From NCBI GenBank assembly GCA_026025075.1, contig JAPEUI010000010.1, forward strand, positions 124,001 through 188,000: a stretch of 64,000 nucleotides of DNA, read 5' to 3'. How positions within the stretch are numbered: position 1 is the first letter of the stretch; each line of letters begins with the position of its first letter. Positions 50,420 through 63,565 of this stretch are shown here, in pieces. A model generated the notes under the pieces. The model saw only the letters and a program-made list of their open reading frames with translations, was not told the DNA's origin and ran no database searches. Source of the DNA: Vezdaea acicularis. Lineage: Eukaryota. A program made the position numbers and the translations under genes.

Positions 50420-52332
50420 GCTGGTTTGTTGGATGGATACTGAATTACCTTTGGCTCAAGGTGTTGCGACGCAATAGATAGTCGTCTGGCAGTAGGGAAG
50501 ACAAGGTTGCGGAGGACTAATCACCAAGCGCAAGTGATAGTCCGTTGGCTGTGCGCGCCTGCAAGAGAGTTCTGTCAGCAGGAGCTCGACTTGGCGTATT
50601 GTTCCCCCTCGAGAATGCCACAATAGGACAGGGTTATTGTTGGTGGCTGGGGAGCGGATGGTATTATCGAGCGCTACTCACAAGATGCGGGAGGTTTCTG
50701 CAACTGCGTGATCTGATGCAGCAGATGCTGTCAGCCAATGCAACGGGTGGGAAACTTTCCGGCAGAGCTCTAATAGATGTTTAGTCCTCATTACATTTCC
50801 TTGTGGGGTTACAGATATCTCACTATTGGCGTAAAGAAATTCTTTGTCCTCGACGTCTTATGTTCATATGGCGGCCCGAAAAGCTCCCCAAAAAGTCGAG
50901 TCGAATGCAGGCAGCTCGGACGAAGGACAATGAGCTCCTCTCGCGATGACTATGTCGTTGAGAAGGATCGTAGCGGCGGGGGTCACGGTTCCTCAGAGGA
51001 TCCCTGCGCGATACGTTGGCTTGTAATCTGCAAGGTCGGCGGGAGATCAGCGAGGTCTGGCCGCGGAGCGCGAGATGGACTTCAAAGAGCACAAAGCTCC
51101 GAAATGTGTTTGACTCGGGATACTAGATAAGGGAAGGGCCGAGATCTGTCTTAGCATACCTCCAGCTGCTGTACTTCGCGCGTCCAAGTGGTTCGGTGCC
51201 GGCGGAGGTCTCGGTCGCGGATGACACCACCCCTCTTTTTCTGACTCGAAACGGTGGTGGAACGAAGGATATGAACGAGATGGCAGCGCCGTAGGGCGAT
51301 ACAGAGAGAATAGAAGCAGCAGCGAGCGAGACTCTTGCAAAGTGCGAGATTGACGCCGAGGGGGAAGTCGAGGGCCCAGGTCTCGCAAGCTTGCTGGTGG
51401 TTAGTGGGGGAGAGAGAACGGGATTCATGGAAAGTCGAAGTGTGATGGGACGGGGAGGGGCCAATGGCGCGCAATTGGCCCGGCCGCCCAACATCCCTGG
51501 CGGCTAAATTTACGCACGGAGGCCTCCCAGCTTGGGGGGGGGGGACAGGCGGCCGGGTCTGCTCTTGTCACACTATTCGGTGCGATGCCACGGGCCATGG
51601 AACGCACGCGATTCGAGGGCGCCGGTTCCATCACCGCATCTCATCCCTCGACGTTAAGCTCCTCTCGCCGGCCCTTTATGCGGCCGTGGGCACTTCCGCA
51701 CCGCGAGGTGCGCAGCCGTCCATCACTATCACATATCATATCACACATCCACGGTGGTGGTCCCCCCGCTCGGGCTAAGGGCGTGCTGGGACTCTAAGCG
51801 AGCTGGTGGAGGGGCCGCGACGAGGTCAGGCGGGTATTCCCGGCCTCGACCCTGTCACGGCATCGACAGGCGCGGACAGACTACGGTACTGTCATCGACA
51901 TTGAGCACGACATAACCATCAAAGGCTTCATGTGCGAGGATCAGAAAAGAAACACCATGCGCATGCAGCCTCAAGATATCGTACCGGTCGGCTTTGCCCC
52001 TGCGTCTGACTTGGGTAGCCGGACGCGTCACCGCACCCAATGGCTCGGGTCCCTGGCGGGAGCCAGTGTTTCAGGAGCGCTGCGACTTGGGCTGGAACCG
52101 CTGTGCCTGGCCTCACGTGGCATCGACGGACAGAACACCAGCAGCGGATGGCGATAGTAATGGTCCGTACCCGTGACATTTGACTCAGCGCGGTCCGAAC
52201 CGCACGTCTCGGAACTCGAGCGCGGCAGGGAGACGAGCAGGCCCCGTTCAGCACACAAACGTCCACATCATCATGAGACACACGAGAAAATAGTATCAAG
52301 AGTAGTTCCCGGCGCACGCCTGGATTGATTGA

Positions 52333-52350
52333 TTCTTCTTCTTCTTCTTC
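52333..52350. repeat. (TTC)6 microsatellite downstream of SEC24
   Basis: ttcttcttcttcttcttc, read directly. Confidence 0.7.
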
Positions 52351-52440
52351 TCCTCTTTAATCAATGCTTGAGCCCTTCCGCGAGAAATGAGCCTCCAGAT
52401 GCAAAGACAAATACCGACAGCAGACTCGCGTTCGAGGCGA

Positions 52441-55400
52441 CTATTGCACGATCTGTTGGCGGCGTCAGTAGGGTTCTCGTGGACTTGGAGAAAGGCTAGA
52501 GCCGCGGATGTCGATCATACCTTCTCCCTCAACATGCCCATCCACTGAGGCAGGCTGACGCTGTGGTCCGCCCGGTCCTCCACGAGTAACGTCTGCGCCC
52601 ACAACCGCAGACTGGGCTCGCCGTCTTCCCGCACCACGTAGATGTGGGGGACGATAATGCTTCCCACGCCCATCGCGCGATGATCCCGGCTCTTCTCCAC
52701 CACCGCACGGACCCTTCCGTTCATGTCGTTGTCGAGCACCGGCAGTTGCGTCTTACCAACCTTGATCGCGGTTTTGTCCGGTAGCCCAAACACGTCATTC
52801 ACCAGCGCCGGCACGACGTCCCTTCCAACCCAGATGAATTGTGTTTGACCATCATCAATCAGGTAGAGCCCGTACGGTACCAGACGCTCAGATGACAGAT
52901 TACTTGGTGGTGGCACGACGATCTCTCCGGTCTTCTCATCGGGCAGACCGGCGTTGTCTGGCATGTCGTGCAATGAATAAAGACTGGGGTATATGTACTG
53001 TACCAGGAGCGGTAGGGGGAGTGTTGACAGTTGACAGAGAGCGGCCGATCGGATGTCGGAGGGTATTTGTGCGGATTTTCGTAAGCCAATCTAAGGGACT
53101 GTGTTAAAAGATACCATGGATGCGGGTATAGCATGATACTGACATTTTTCATGAGGCCGAGGAATAACACTGGCAGGGGCCTTAAGTTTGCTGGAAACTG
53201 TAGTCCCCCACCTCCCATGTTTCCTCCAGCTAACTCCTTCCTGTACGTCTGCAGCAGCTCGATGACTTTCGCCTGCAGAGCATCTCGCGCAGGCTCGAGT
53301 CCTCCACTTAACGAGCGTTCCACCGCCTTGTGGCTAAAGAAAGCTGTTATGGCCCCGGGGTCGGCGGAGGCATATACCTCTGCTAGGTTTGTAGTGGTGG
53401 GTAAAGAGAGTGTGAGCACCCGAATTCTCCTCTCGCCATTACAGGTCGTATGTAAGACGGCTGTCTGTAGGCAGATGGTTCCGCGTGTGAGAGACTCGTC
53501 GATGGCGACTTCCACGACGTAGCTCTGGTCCCGTGGAAATGCCGGAAACGCGCATAAGTCTGAGCTTCGATTGAAGAAATTGCCGTAGAAGGTGCTCATC
53601 CGTAGGCCCGTCGTTGCTCTTACACGAAGCACTGCTTCCAATCCGATTTCGGTAGAAAGGTAATCGCTGAATTCGCGAGCAAATTTGATGGCATCTTCGC
53701 TTCTCGCGGCGTTCCACCCTGGGTAGAAATATGTTTGCCCTCCAGTGTACCTTGGCAAATTACTCAATGAAGCCACATCTTGATATTGCGAGGAGAAGAG
53801 GAACATGTCGATAGAGACCTGACTTTTAGAGCACTCAACAGCAAAGCTTTTATAGAAGCTATTGCTAGTCTGTAAAAGACTACTTTCCTTACTTGTGCCG
53901 AGAAGTTTCTTGTCCTCTCGCATTTCGAGTTTGCCGACTCCCAGATTAGGCAAAGATGCCGTCAGAACGACTATCTTTCCACCGAGGGGAGAGATAAGCT
54001 TATGGCCCGATCTCAATGCAGAGCCCATACAAGACCCTCCGTTTTGGGTGTTCTGGAACATCTGATGGAGTTTCCCAAGATATGCTTCAATATTGACTCT
54101 GCATTCCGACAACGTGAGCAGTAACTCATGCGGGACTGGCAGGAAAGGGTCCTCGTCAATGTCGCTGACGACTAGCAACGTTGGTTCGGAATTCTCTGAC
54201 CCGTCTCTGGGGATGAGGAAGTAGTGTAAGCTAGAGTCAACCGCCATAAAGCCAATCCTCGTCCTTCGATCGGCGTTAGGTATCCGGTCTAGGCTCTCTA
54301 GGATTGTACGTGCACTAGTGGCTAGCAGTCCGCTCGTTACAGCGGCATAGCTGACATCGAAGAGAAAGAGGTATACGAGCGGCTGTGGGGGTCGAACCAT
54401 ATATTCTTGCGGGGCAATGAACTCGACAACGGCATGGTTCAGCTCGGATCTTTGCCAGCGATCGACTTGCTTTTGTGAAGCTGCGTCCCAATCAAAAGCC
54501 TGCGGGACTTCGTTGGTAAGGTTACACATGTTACAACGCCACCTATGCCCTTGGTCGAGGAATTGAGCAAATGGATTTATGTAAGACCGGCAACGACGAC
54601 ATCGAGAGATGAGCTGATCGTGAACAACAGGTACTGGATCTTCAGAATCATGTAAAGATGTATATGGCTGGATAACGAGAGCAAACGGCAGCTTTGACTT
54701 CTTCAGCAAGCTGTGCGTGGTTGGAACTGCATTCAGGGTTGATCGAACATGTCTAGGGGAGCAGTTCGCATCTGGTGATGGTGTAGCACTTGACTGCAAC
54801 AGGTCAGCCGAATATTCAATTTACACTGGCAGCATCACAATATAGATAGGACTCACGTTCGGGGGTAGGATAATAGGCGGTGGCGGTATATCGAGTTCTG
54901 AGACGTGGAACGGTTGACTCAATAGATCGGTCGGTTGCAATATGTTCATGCGCTGCGAGGGCGGTTGTCCTTGTGGGGTAGCAGCCTGCTGCTGCCCTGA
55001 TATTCCCACTTGTCCCATTTGGTTGGTTATACCTGCTACTCCACCGTCGTAGCCAGGTGTGGGATAACCTTGGTGTGGCGCCTGATAGCCTCCAACTGCC
55101 CCTCCGGGGCCTGGTTGATAGCCTACTGGAGAGGCTGCTGCTGCTGGAGTGAACTGCTCAGGGGGATATCCTGGTTGTCCATACCCGATTGCTGGCTGGG
55201 GGGGTTGCTGCGGCTGTTGAGGATATCCATAAGGTGCCGCTGGGGCTCCAGGGGGGTAATCCCCACCACCCTGCTGTTGCCCCCCAACCGCAGCATTTGC
55301 ACCAGTCCCAAATTCAAAGGCTTGCCCGGCATATGCTCTTTTCTTCTTTGCTGCCGCTGCTCCAGGCGTAGGTCCGCCGGGAGGTGGGGTCTGGCCAGGT

Positions 55401-55525
55401 TGAAGCGGCGAGTGGGCAACTTCACCGCCCAGAGGCGGTGATTGGGTGTACGGAGGTTGCGGTTGACCATAAGTATCGTCCTGATCGTGCCCCTGGTCAG
55501 GGTATCCCCCTCGTGGGACTGACAT
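52441..55525 (-). CDS. SEC24: COPII coat subunit Sec24 (4 exons)
   Basis: Pro/Gln-rich N-terminus, zinc finger [11 protein letters not shown]...[37 protein letters not shown], gelsolin-like GLYLIDDGQ. Ends REK|IVQ*. Confidence 0.95.
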
Positions 55526-55838
55526 TGTAGTGGTAAGGGTTTGTGCTTCGGTGGTTGATGTAGCAGTATGGACTGTAAGATATCTGTCCTCCAAGAAATA
55601 TCGTCTGCAGGAATTACGTCGTCTCACGCTTCTCGTCTTTTGTTGATGGTGGATTTTGGAAAATGGAGGTAGCTGGAGAGCAGGCCCGAGAGCCGATTAA
55701 AGGCCTTAGAGTCAACAATGCCACCTAGACTCTTGGAGCGCTGCAGTAGGCAGATGTTGACCTTCAAGTTTCGAGGGCGCAAGCTTCCACTCGCTTGATT
55801 TCCCGAGCGTGTGGAATCTCGGCTGGGAGTCTTCACAG

Positions 55839-55851
55839 CCAATCACACGTG
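55839..55851. promoter_or_regulatory. Adjacent CCAAT box and CACGTG E-box in the SEC24 / small-gene divergent promoter
   Basis: agCCAATcaCACGTGat, read directly. Function is inferred only. Confidence 0.3.
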
Positions 55852-56473
55852 ATCAACATCTATGCAATACATTGGAACACTTTGTCTACAATGAAGGTTG
55901 CAGTTCGGGTGACAACCTTATTGTAGGTCCGTTTGGCATGTTTTATGTTGATTTCAGTTTGGCGCTAGACTTTACAGGCTAGGAAAAGTCCACATATGTC
56001 AAGAAGATAGTGATGTCCATTGCGTGCTCGAAAGCGCCACCTCCCCGGAGAGTCCCAATAAAGTTGTCCGAATCCCGACATTTGTCCTTTGCGCTTGTAA
56101 GTCCGATTGAACTTTCTAAAAATCAGTATAAATTTGAGGCATGCAAGCTTTAAATCAGGGAGACACCTAGTTGAAAACTGTTGTAGAAATGCTAGAATGA
56201 AGATAATCACACCAAAGTTTGCAGCTCCCCGCTAAGCTCAGGTCATTTCCCGCCCACCCAAAGAAGCGAACTTTAGCGGTGATTGTCGTTTCAGCCCCGA
56301 TAGCTTCTTGCAGGCTGCGCCGCCACAATCGTTCATCACCTCACCTCCCTCCGGTCGTTATATCCTTTGGCATGTATCCCAGGAAATCGCTTTCTTTGAC
56401 ATAACACATTCTTCCACGCTTGGATTTCATAACTCCGGACCCTCCACTATATACCAAAAGGACAGTGACAATC

Positions 56474-56984
56474 ATGGCTTGGGGGTCTTCTAAACCGAAG
56501 ACACCACCTCCTCCCCGCTCTACGCTCGCACAGATAGTTCCACTGGTGCTCACCTTCCTTTTCCTCGGCATCCTTGCATTCGTCGGCTTCCATATCTACA
56601 ACATGGCCAATCAACTTACCGATCGAGCGAGCAGAAAGCTCGAGAAGAAGAACGTTGTTTTTACCAAGGATGGTATGAAGGTTGGTGTAAAGGAAAAGAA
56701 GAGCGAGAACTACGTAGATCAGACCCAAAAGTCAGTTTTTTCCCCCAGAATAGACTGTGGCGGTCTGCTGACTTATTCCGATCTAGCGTCTTAGTAAAGG
56801 TCTGGAACTATTCAGCTTGGCCCGCATACAAGAGCAGATATTGGAGTGGAGATGCCAAGGTGGGCGAGCCAACCGGGCAGAGGCAGCCGTGAGTAGCATA
56901 AAGATAGGCGGAACTCGAAATAGGCTGACAAGGGGAAATAGATATTCACGGCAAAGCTCTACTACTAGTGTGAAGGGCTCTTGA
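56474..56984 (+). CDS. Small single-pass conserved fungal membrane protein (3 exons)
   Basis: MAWGSSK...IVPLVLTFLFLGILAFVGFHIY, KKNVVFTKDGMKVGVKE...ENYVDQTQ|NVLVKVWN...PAYKSR. Introns about 56731-56786 and 56889-56941. Confidence 0.75.
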
Positions 56985-58471
56985 GGATTCACTTAGGGTT
57001 GAAGGCGTTTTTCAGGCTAGCTTTCTGGAACAACTTGCAACACGGTCTTCTTCGATGACGGCCTCTTCTTTCCGTTATCCATACGGTATCTAAAGCGGGG
57101 AGCGGCGTATATTCACGGGTTTATACGGAATTTACGTCCAATAGGCGGCTTCAAAGTATGCGACTGGTGTATATGAATGCCGACTGTACTTCAATGTTAT
57201 AATTCTTACTACGCTTAAAGTCACGATGTGGTGCAATCTGACCATCTCTCCTGATTATTTGGAGTTGGAATCATCCGCGTATGCATAATTTACAGTCAAT
57301 GGTAGCCTCTAGCCTCACCCACGATCCGCAAAGAATATCCAGCTCAGCCCCCGTTTTGCGCTCGGTGGCTTCGAGGAACCCGCTGAAATGCGGTATACCC
57401 AGCTGTATTACCTCAGATTGCATGCGACCTTGTTCTGCAATGCGATGACTCGCGACCGGCCCATTGTTCGATGACTAGCTGAAGATGACGTTGAGCGGTC
57501 AGTAGCTATTAGAGAGACCACTAAGTCTTAAAAACCATCAGCGTAGTATGGAAGCATTAGAATTGAACAACAAACTTGCAGGCGCCGAAGGTGATCATTG
57601 GGCGACCTGCAGCCGTTCGCGTTTCCCTCCGAGCGTGGCTATGCCCCTCGACTGCATTCGGCGAAGAAGCCCTGGCCCGCGATGCCAACACTGAGTGGCT
57701 GCTTAGTGTGACCGCAGCAAGCTATAGTTCGACGCGAGCCCAAAGAAAGCTTGCGCTTCTCGGCGTGCAGCACAGCTCCAATTAGAAGTCAATATCGACC
57801 GCAAGGCAGCTTACCTCCCCTCTCCCCATCATGATGATTATGTACCCTGAGATGCGCCGGCCTCCTTCCCTCAATATCTCTTCTTGTGTCAATAGCTTGA
57901 TCTGATCAAGTTCATGAAGATCTAAGCTTGATCCTTTCATCGAATGACGACAACGGCCGAGTACGGGAAAGTGAATCACCCAGCGCAATCCTACACGGTG
58001 GATAGCTACAGCCTTTCCACAACTCTCTACATATTCTTCGGCCCCGTTTGAGGCTGAAAATAGACGACTTGTTGGCAGCTGTGTGAACGGCTTGCCCTTG
58101 GCACGGTCCTAGATATAGCTTAAACCCTGTAACATCGAAGGTAGTAACCTTTCACTTGCTGTCTTTGTGCACCTTGTCATATATTCACACCTTCCACAGT
58201 GAGGACCAGAGCTTGTAGCGGAATCAGTGCCCGCAGAGTAATCAACATTACTGAAGACGTTCTGGTCCCCTCCAATATTGTAATCAGGGTAGGTCACATG
58301 CGATAACGTGGTATCCATGGTTTCCTTTCTCTAGTGGAAGGCTTGAGTGTCTGCAAGACACTCGACGCTGTGCACCGAATATCTGATCTTTTCCTGTTGT
58401 AAACTTCGCTGAGATGGTTTGCTGACCCTTTTGACCTGCTCCCATTAGGCAAGGCACCCCAAGCGCACAAG

Positions 58472-61400
58472 ATGAACAATCAAAACCCACACCTTGGGGC
58501 GACTTTCTACCCCGGCGGCGTAGATGACTTCTACATGCCCGAGGTGATTTCACCCGCACCACAACGGTAGGGCTTTCTCAGCTTGGCATATGTGACAGCT
58601 ACTCTGCTATCAATCGAAGTGTAACGCTAAGACTTGAGATAGGATCATGCCGGAGGTACCTGAACAGATTCAAGAAAATCTCGCGCATCTAGAGCTGGAG
58701 GCCAACGGTCCTCGGCAGCGACAATCGAGTCAGCATGAATATCCTTCTTCTATGGCACAGTATCCATCTCGACAAGATTCAGCGCAGCACCAACAGTACG
58801 AAGGCAACCAGAATCAGGGAAATGGGTATAACAGATCATCCCAAGGAGGCTATCAGCGAGAGGAAGATATTGTGAAGCAGTACAATGGATATGGTCAGAG
58901 CAATCAGAGCCAAAGCTATGGACAGCAGCAGTATCAAAACCCAGCGCCTGCACCCACGCCCGCACCTGTAGCAGGACCTGGACCTGCATCCCAGACTTAT
59001 AAAAGCTATGAATACGCTGGCGACACCCTGGATCCTTTTGACCAACCGTCGTTTTCTCCATTTCCTAGACTGCGTAACCCTCCAGCAAATGTACCACCGT
59101 CCGATGACGAGAAAGAAGCAACACTTGAAGCAGCTCGGGTTAAGGTCTTGAACTCTAACGACCCTGAGGTCCAACTGGCTTGGGCCCAAGACGCTTTAGC
59201 ATACGTTGGCATTTCCATGCAAAACGAAATCAGAGTCTCTCAGACCCAATCCTCACGACCGCAAACGCCCCAGGTGGAACACCAATTGCGTGTAGATGCA
59301 ATTAGCATAGTTTCCTTCCTTGCTGAGCAGCATCATCCAAAGGCAGAATTTATGAGAGGTCTCTGGCTTGAATTTGGCAAGTTCGGATTCCGAACAGATA
59401 AGAAGGAGGCATTTAGATGCTATGTAAGGGCTGCGGAGAAGGGATATGCAAGAGCCGAATACAGGATAGGCATGTCATGGGAGAGCTCCGACGAATTCCT
59501 AAAGGCGAAACAACATTATCAAAATGGCGCCAGACAAGGTGATTCAGCCTCAAACTATAGATTAGGGATGATGGCCTTATTGGGTCAACATGGAGAAAGG
59601 CAAGACTTTGGCCGCGGAGTGCAACTCATTCGACTGTCGGCGCAGAGTGCAGATGAGAATGCTCCACAGGGTGCTTACGTATTCGGAATGCTTCAGGCTC
59701 GGGAATTGCCAAATATCAACATCCCGGAGCTCTTTTTACCACTGGACATCAATGCAGCTAGGGTAAACCTTGAGAAAGCTGCCTACTTGGGTTTTGCTAA
59801 GGCGCAGGTGAAAATGGGCCAGGCGTATGAGTTGTGCCAGCTTGGTTGTGATTTCAACCCTGCACTATCCCTTCATTACAACGCACTAGCCGCTCGTCAA
59901 GGCGAAGCGGAGGCGGACATGGCCATCAGTAAATGGTTTCTGTGCGGCTATGACGGCGTTTTCGAGAAGAACGAAGAGCTGGCCTATACGTACGCTCAAC
60001 GAGCTGCGCAGGATAAACTATCTACTGCGGAATTTGCAATGGGCTATTTCCATGAGATTGGTATGTATGTACCTGTCGATCTGAAAGAAGCAAGAGTATG
60101 GTATGAGAGAGCCGCGGAACACGGCAACAAGGACGCTGCTGGTCGCATTGAGAGTATTAGGAAGGACAAGACGCTCTCAAAGAATGACCACGAAAAGATT
60201 GCGATTTCTAGAATCAAATCTCAGTATGGATCTATGAAGGGCAAAAGACCGGAGCGCCTCACAAAGTCGGCCGCGCCGCCGATGCCTTCGATTCAAGACG
60301 AAGAACCGCCATTACAAGTACCTCCTCCTCGTTCTGGTAAAACGCCTGTTCCTCAAGCCACGGCCCCAGCAGTGGAGTTTCCTGACCCCACCAAGACCGT
60401 TTTACTGCCATACGGCAATACCCAAGTTCCAGCAAGGCCAGCTTCTGCCGTACCTTATCCCACCGAAGATGGCCCTCCTCGAGCTGGAGCCCATTCCAAT
60501 CCCAGCCCTGCAGGATTTCTCAACCCGAATTTGATGCCCCAGCCTATTGTGAGACCCAGTTCAGCATTTGGCATCAATCCGAATCTACGCGCTCAGCCAG
60601 CAGGCCCAGCAGACAACGCACCATACCCTGGTGGCCCTACTCGTCCATACTCGACCATCGATGCTAACTCATACTCTGGAGGACCTGCATATCCAGGCGG
60701 CCCAGCTCGTCCTCGCTCCAGCATTGACAATAGGCCTATGGGAGGTGCTCCGAAGCCTTTATCAGATTACGATAGTAGCCGTGGCGGACGTGGGCGTGGC
60801 GGTATGGGGCCTGGTGGCGCAGGCCCACGTGGGCGCGGCCGGGTCGGATCGGGAGGGATTCCATCTGACTATCGTGCACCCAGTCGTCAAGAAGATTACG
60901 AATACCGAAGCCCTGATCCTCGAGGCCGCGGTAAACCGCCTCCAGATGCGGCCAAAGCACAACCACCAAAGCTGGACATTGGATTCTCCGCCCCTCCGGA
61001 GGCAGCACGAAATAAACTTACAAAGCCTGGCCCAAATACGGGCAAGGCGCAGCCAAGTCTACCTGATATAGGTTTCTCAGCGCCGGAAGACCGGAGACCA
61101 GCGAAGACGCCTACTATCCCAGCGTCAATGGACCACCAAGATAGGAGAGATGATCGAAGGGCTAGTGGCTCAAGACCTGGTAGTCACCCAGCCTCTCCTA
61201 TATCCTCACGCCCGCCTCGGCACGAATCACTGCCAGCTCCGACGAACAGACCACCCTCTACAACCAATCAGCAAATTCCACAAGGCTCATCGAAGCCCCC
61301 AAAGCCTGCGCATGCCAACACGACCCCCGCGCCAAAGCCAACGCCTGCAGTACCTGCTGAGCCTAGACCGCCAGGTAAGGGGCCAAAGACGTTTGACGAT

Positions 61401-61501
61401 ATGGGTATCGAGAATGCACCTAAAGAGAACGAATGCGTGAGTACTCTGACAGCAAAAACATCGTATTGCGCCACTAACGTTGAACGTAGATTGTGATGTG
61501 A
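58472..61501 (+). CDS. Sel1-repeat chitin synthase activator / regulatory factor (Skt5/Chs4-like), 3 coding exons, C-terminal CaaX
   Basis: LGATFYPGG.DDFYMPEV..PAPQR|IMPEVP, Sel1 repeats (AAEKGYARAEYRIG, EKAAYLGFAKAQ.KMG.AYE, AEFAMGYFHEIG), KGPKTFDDMGI...ENEC|IVM*. Introns 58567-58642 and 61437-61489; probable 5'-UTR intron 58289-58448. Confidence 0.85.
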
Positions 61502-61890
61502 ATTTGTTTTATTGCATTGTTGAAATCTGACGAGCACTTGGGCGTTGGGGGTCGTTACGGGTTATATCCATGTAGAACACGAATCTCGTTGGGGCTCATT
61601 ATCAGAGGATCAAATGCGCGTGGACACTTTTAAGTTGAGATCAATTTCACCTATATATGGTGCGAGTTATTGAAGCGCTAATAGAAAGAACTTTGCATGG
61701 CACGTTTGCTATTAATTGAGAATCGTCTCCTATCCCATCAGCTGTGAACCGAAGCGAGCCATGGCATAAGGCGTGCCGTCCACCAGGCGTCCATAACTAG
61801 TCGACGCGGAACTTCACCTTCACCTCTATCCTTATCCGTGACTGCTACAGTTGACTACCAATTGTATTATTTCTGCCTCTCCTTTACCTG

Positions 61891-62955
61891 ATGGCTCCTC
61901 GCAAGGAGAAACCAGAGAAGGTCGGAACCGAACAGAGTATTATAGACCTCTCATTGGGTGCTATTGAACTTTTGACTGATAAGAGAAGCTTGTGATCTTA
62001 TTTTAAACTACTTACGTGAGTTTTGCACCTAGACACTATCCCTAGCATCTCTGACACATTAAACAGGCAAGCAGAAGTTCGTAGCCACTCCTATTCTCTT
62101 GGGGAGATTTGGTTTGACGAGACTTTTGCTTTTTTACAGCCGACCCTACTCCGTAAGTGACTCACCCAAATTTATCAAGCAGAGCAAATGCTCACATACT
62201 TTTGCTTATTGAATAGGCAACAGATATTTCTGCAAACCTGCACAATGCAGTTAACAAAGGTTGGGAGACCGAAAAAGACGCCAATAAGATAGGTCACTGT
62301 CCCTGAGTTGGCTGACATATCTGGATATAGTCAATGCAGCGAAGACCTTGAAGGAAATGCATGAGCGGGGTGATATCGAGGGAAAAGCTGCAGGTAAGTC
62401 AAATGCTGCCTTTGGGGATTCCAGCTTCAAGAATAGGGGGCCTGACTTGGGCCCTAGGCAAGCAACTGGTTTATCACGCGAAACAGGACCCCAATGACTT
62501 TATGAGCCCGGAAGAGCTCACAGCCATGGATCAGGAGATTGAAAGTGTACGTTCAGACATCGTCGCGCGCAAAGCTGAGCAAAAGGTCCTGCAAGCTACA
62601 TGTAACGTTCTGAAGTCTACACCGACGACAGATGCTCTTCGTGATTCCGTAAGCGCTCTGGAGGCAGAAAAGGACTCCTTGGAGGCCCGTCTCCGGGTGT
62701 TCAGATCTGGCGATGTCGCACCCGTGAATGTAGAGGGAAAGGAGAAGGCAGAGAGGGCTTTGAGGACAATGCAGAGGCAAGCAGGAAACAGGAAGAAGAT
62801 CTTTTGGGAGCTCTGGGCTATGGTGACGGAGAATCAACCCGAAGGGATTACGAAAGAGGATTTGTGGGTACGTTGAGAGGCTTTGAGCCGTGGTTCACAG
62901 GAACGTACTCTGACATTAGGCGCAGGAACAGCTTGGACTCGAAGCTGACGCTTGA
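61891..62955 (+). CDS. HOP2: Hop2/TBPIP homologous-pairing protein (winged helix plus coiled coil), 8 exons
   Basis: Hand-spliced: MAPRKEK...DLILNYLR|KQN|RPYS|ATDISANLHNAVNK|VNAAKTLKEMHE.G.IEGKAAG|KQLVYHAKQ...RKKIF.ELW..V.E...EDLW|EQLGLEADA*. Confidence 0.85.
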
Positions 62956-63565
62956 TTTGGGCCCACGAGATGGTGCAGTCTTGGCTCATAAGCCTCATCA
63001 TCCACTCTAGATGCGTATGTGCGATGTGTTGGTTGAGTATAACGGGATGAGAGGTTGCCCACCACTGGCGAAGCTCGGACCCTGAAGTTTTCCATCTTAC
63101 TTTATGTCGAATCACCATGAAAGCTGAAACGAGGCTGCGATCACTTGGGAGATAGACCATACTATTTGGGCGTAAATCTTGCAAAACAATTATGTGATCT
63201 GTCCGTGTAGATAGACGATCCCCCCCAATCAATCACGCCTTCTCACCGCCTTGGCTCTCCGAACAACTCTCCAGCGAGTCGAGCCTGGAAAGCGAGGGTC
63301 TGCGGCTGCCGGCTAGGCTATCGTGCCCAGCGCAGCGCTAAACAACGGCTAAAACGCTGCCACTTGGTGACTCGACCACAGTCCCGCTTGGGCATGGCTA
63401 TCACGCGCGCATTGCAATCTCTTCTCCACCCTCAAACCCACTCTTGTCCCATAACACTCGCACCTTGGAGCGCAAAAGCGTAGTACGACTAGCATTCGGA
63501 CATCTTGTGCAATAGAGTCCCCCAACACATCGAAGGGCGCTGCTTGCGTCACTTCCTCGCAGCAC

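Noticed and set aside
52185..52274. Minus-strand ATGATGA...CTGA...CTGA pattern resembling a C/D-box snoRNA downstream of SEC24
   Set aside because: No terminal stem and no recognisable rRNA-complementary guide. The segment before the D box is a self-hairpin.
57828..57910. Plus-strand ATGATGA...CTGA pattern, about 80 nt
   Set aside because: Only about 7-nt complementarity to recalled rRNA sequence and no convincing C' box. The D box lies within a short palindrome (CTTGATCTGATCAAG).
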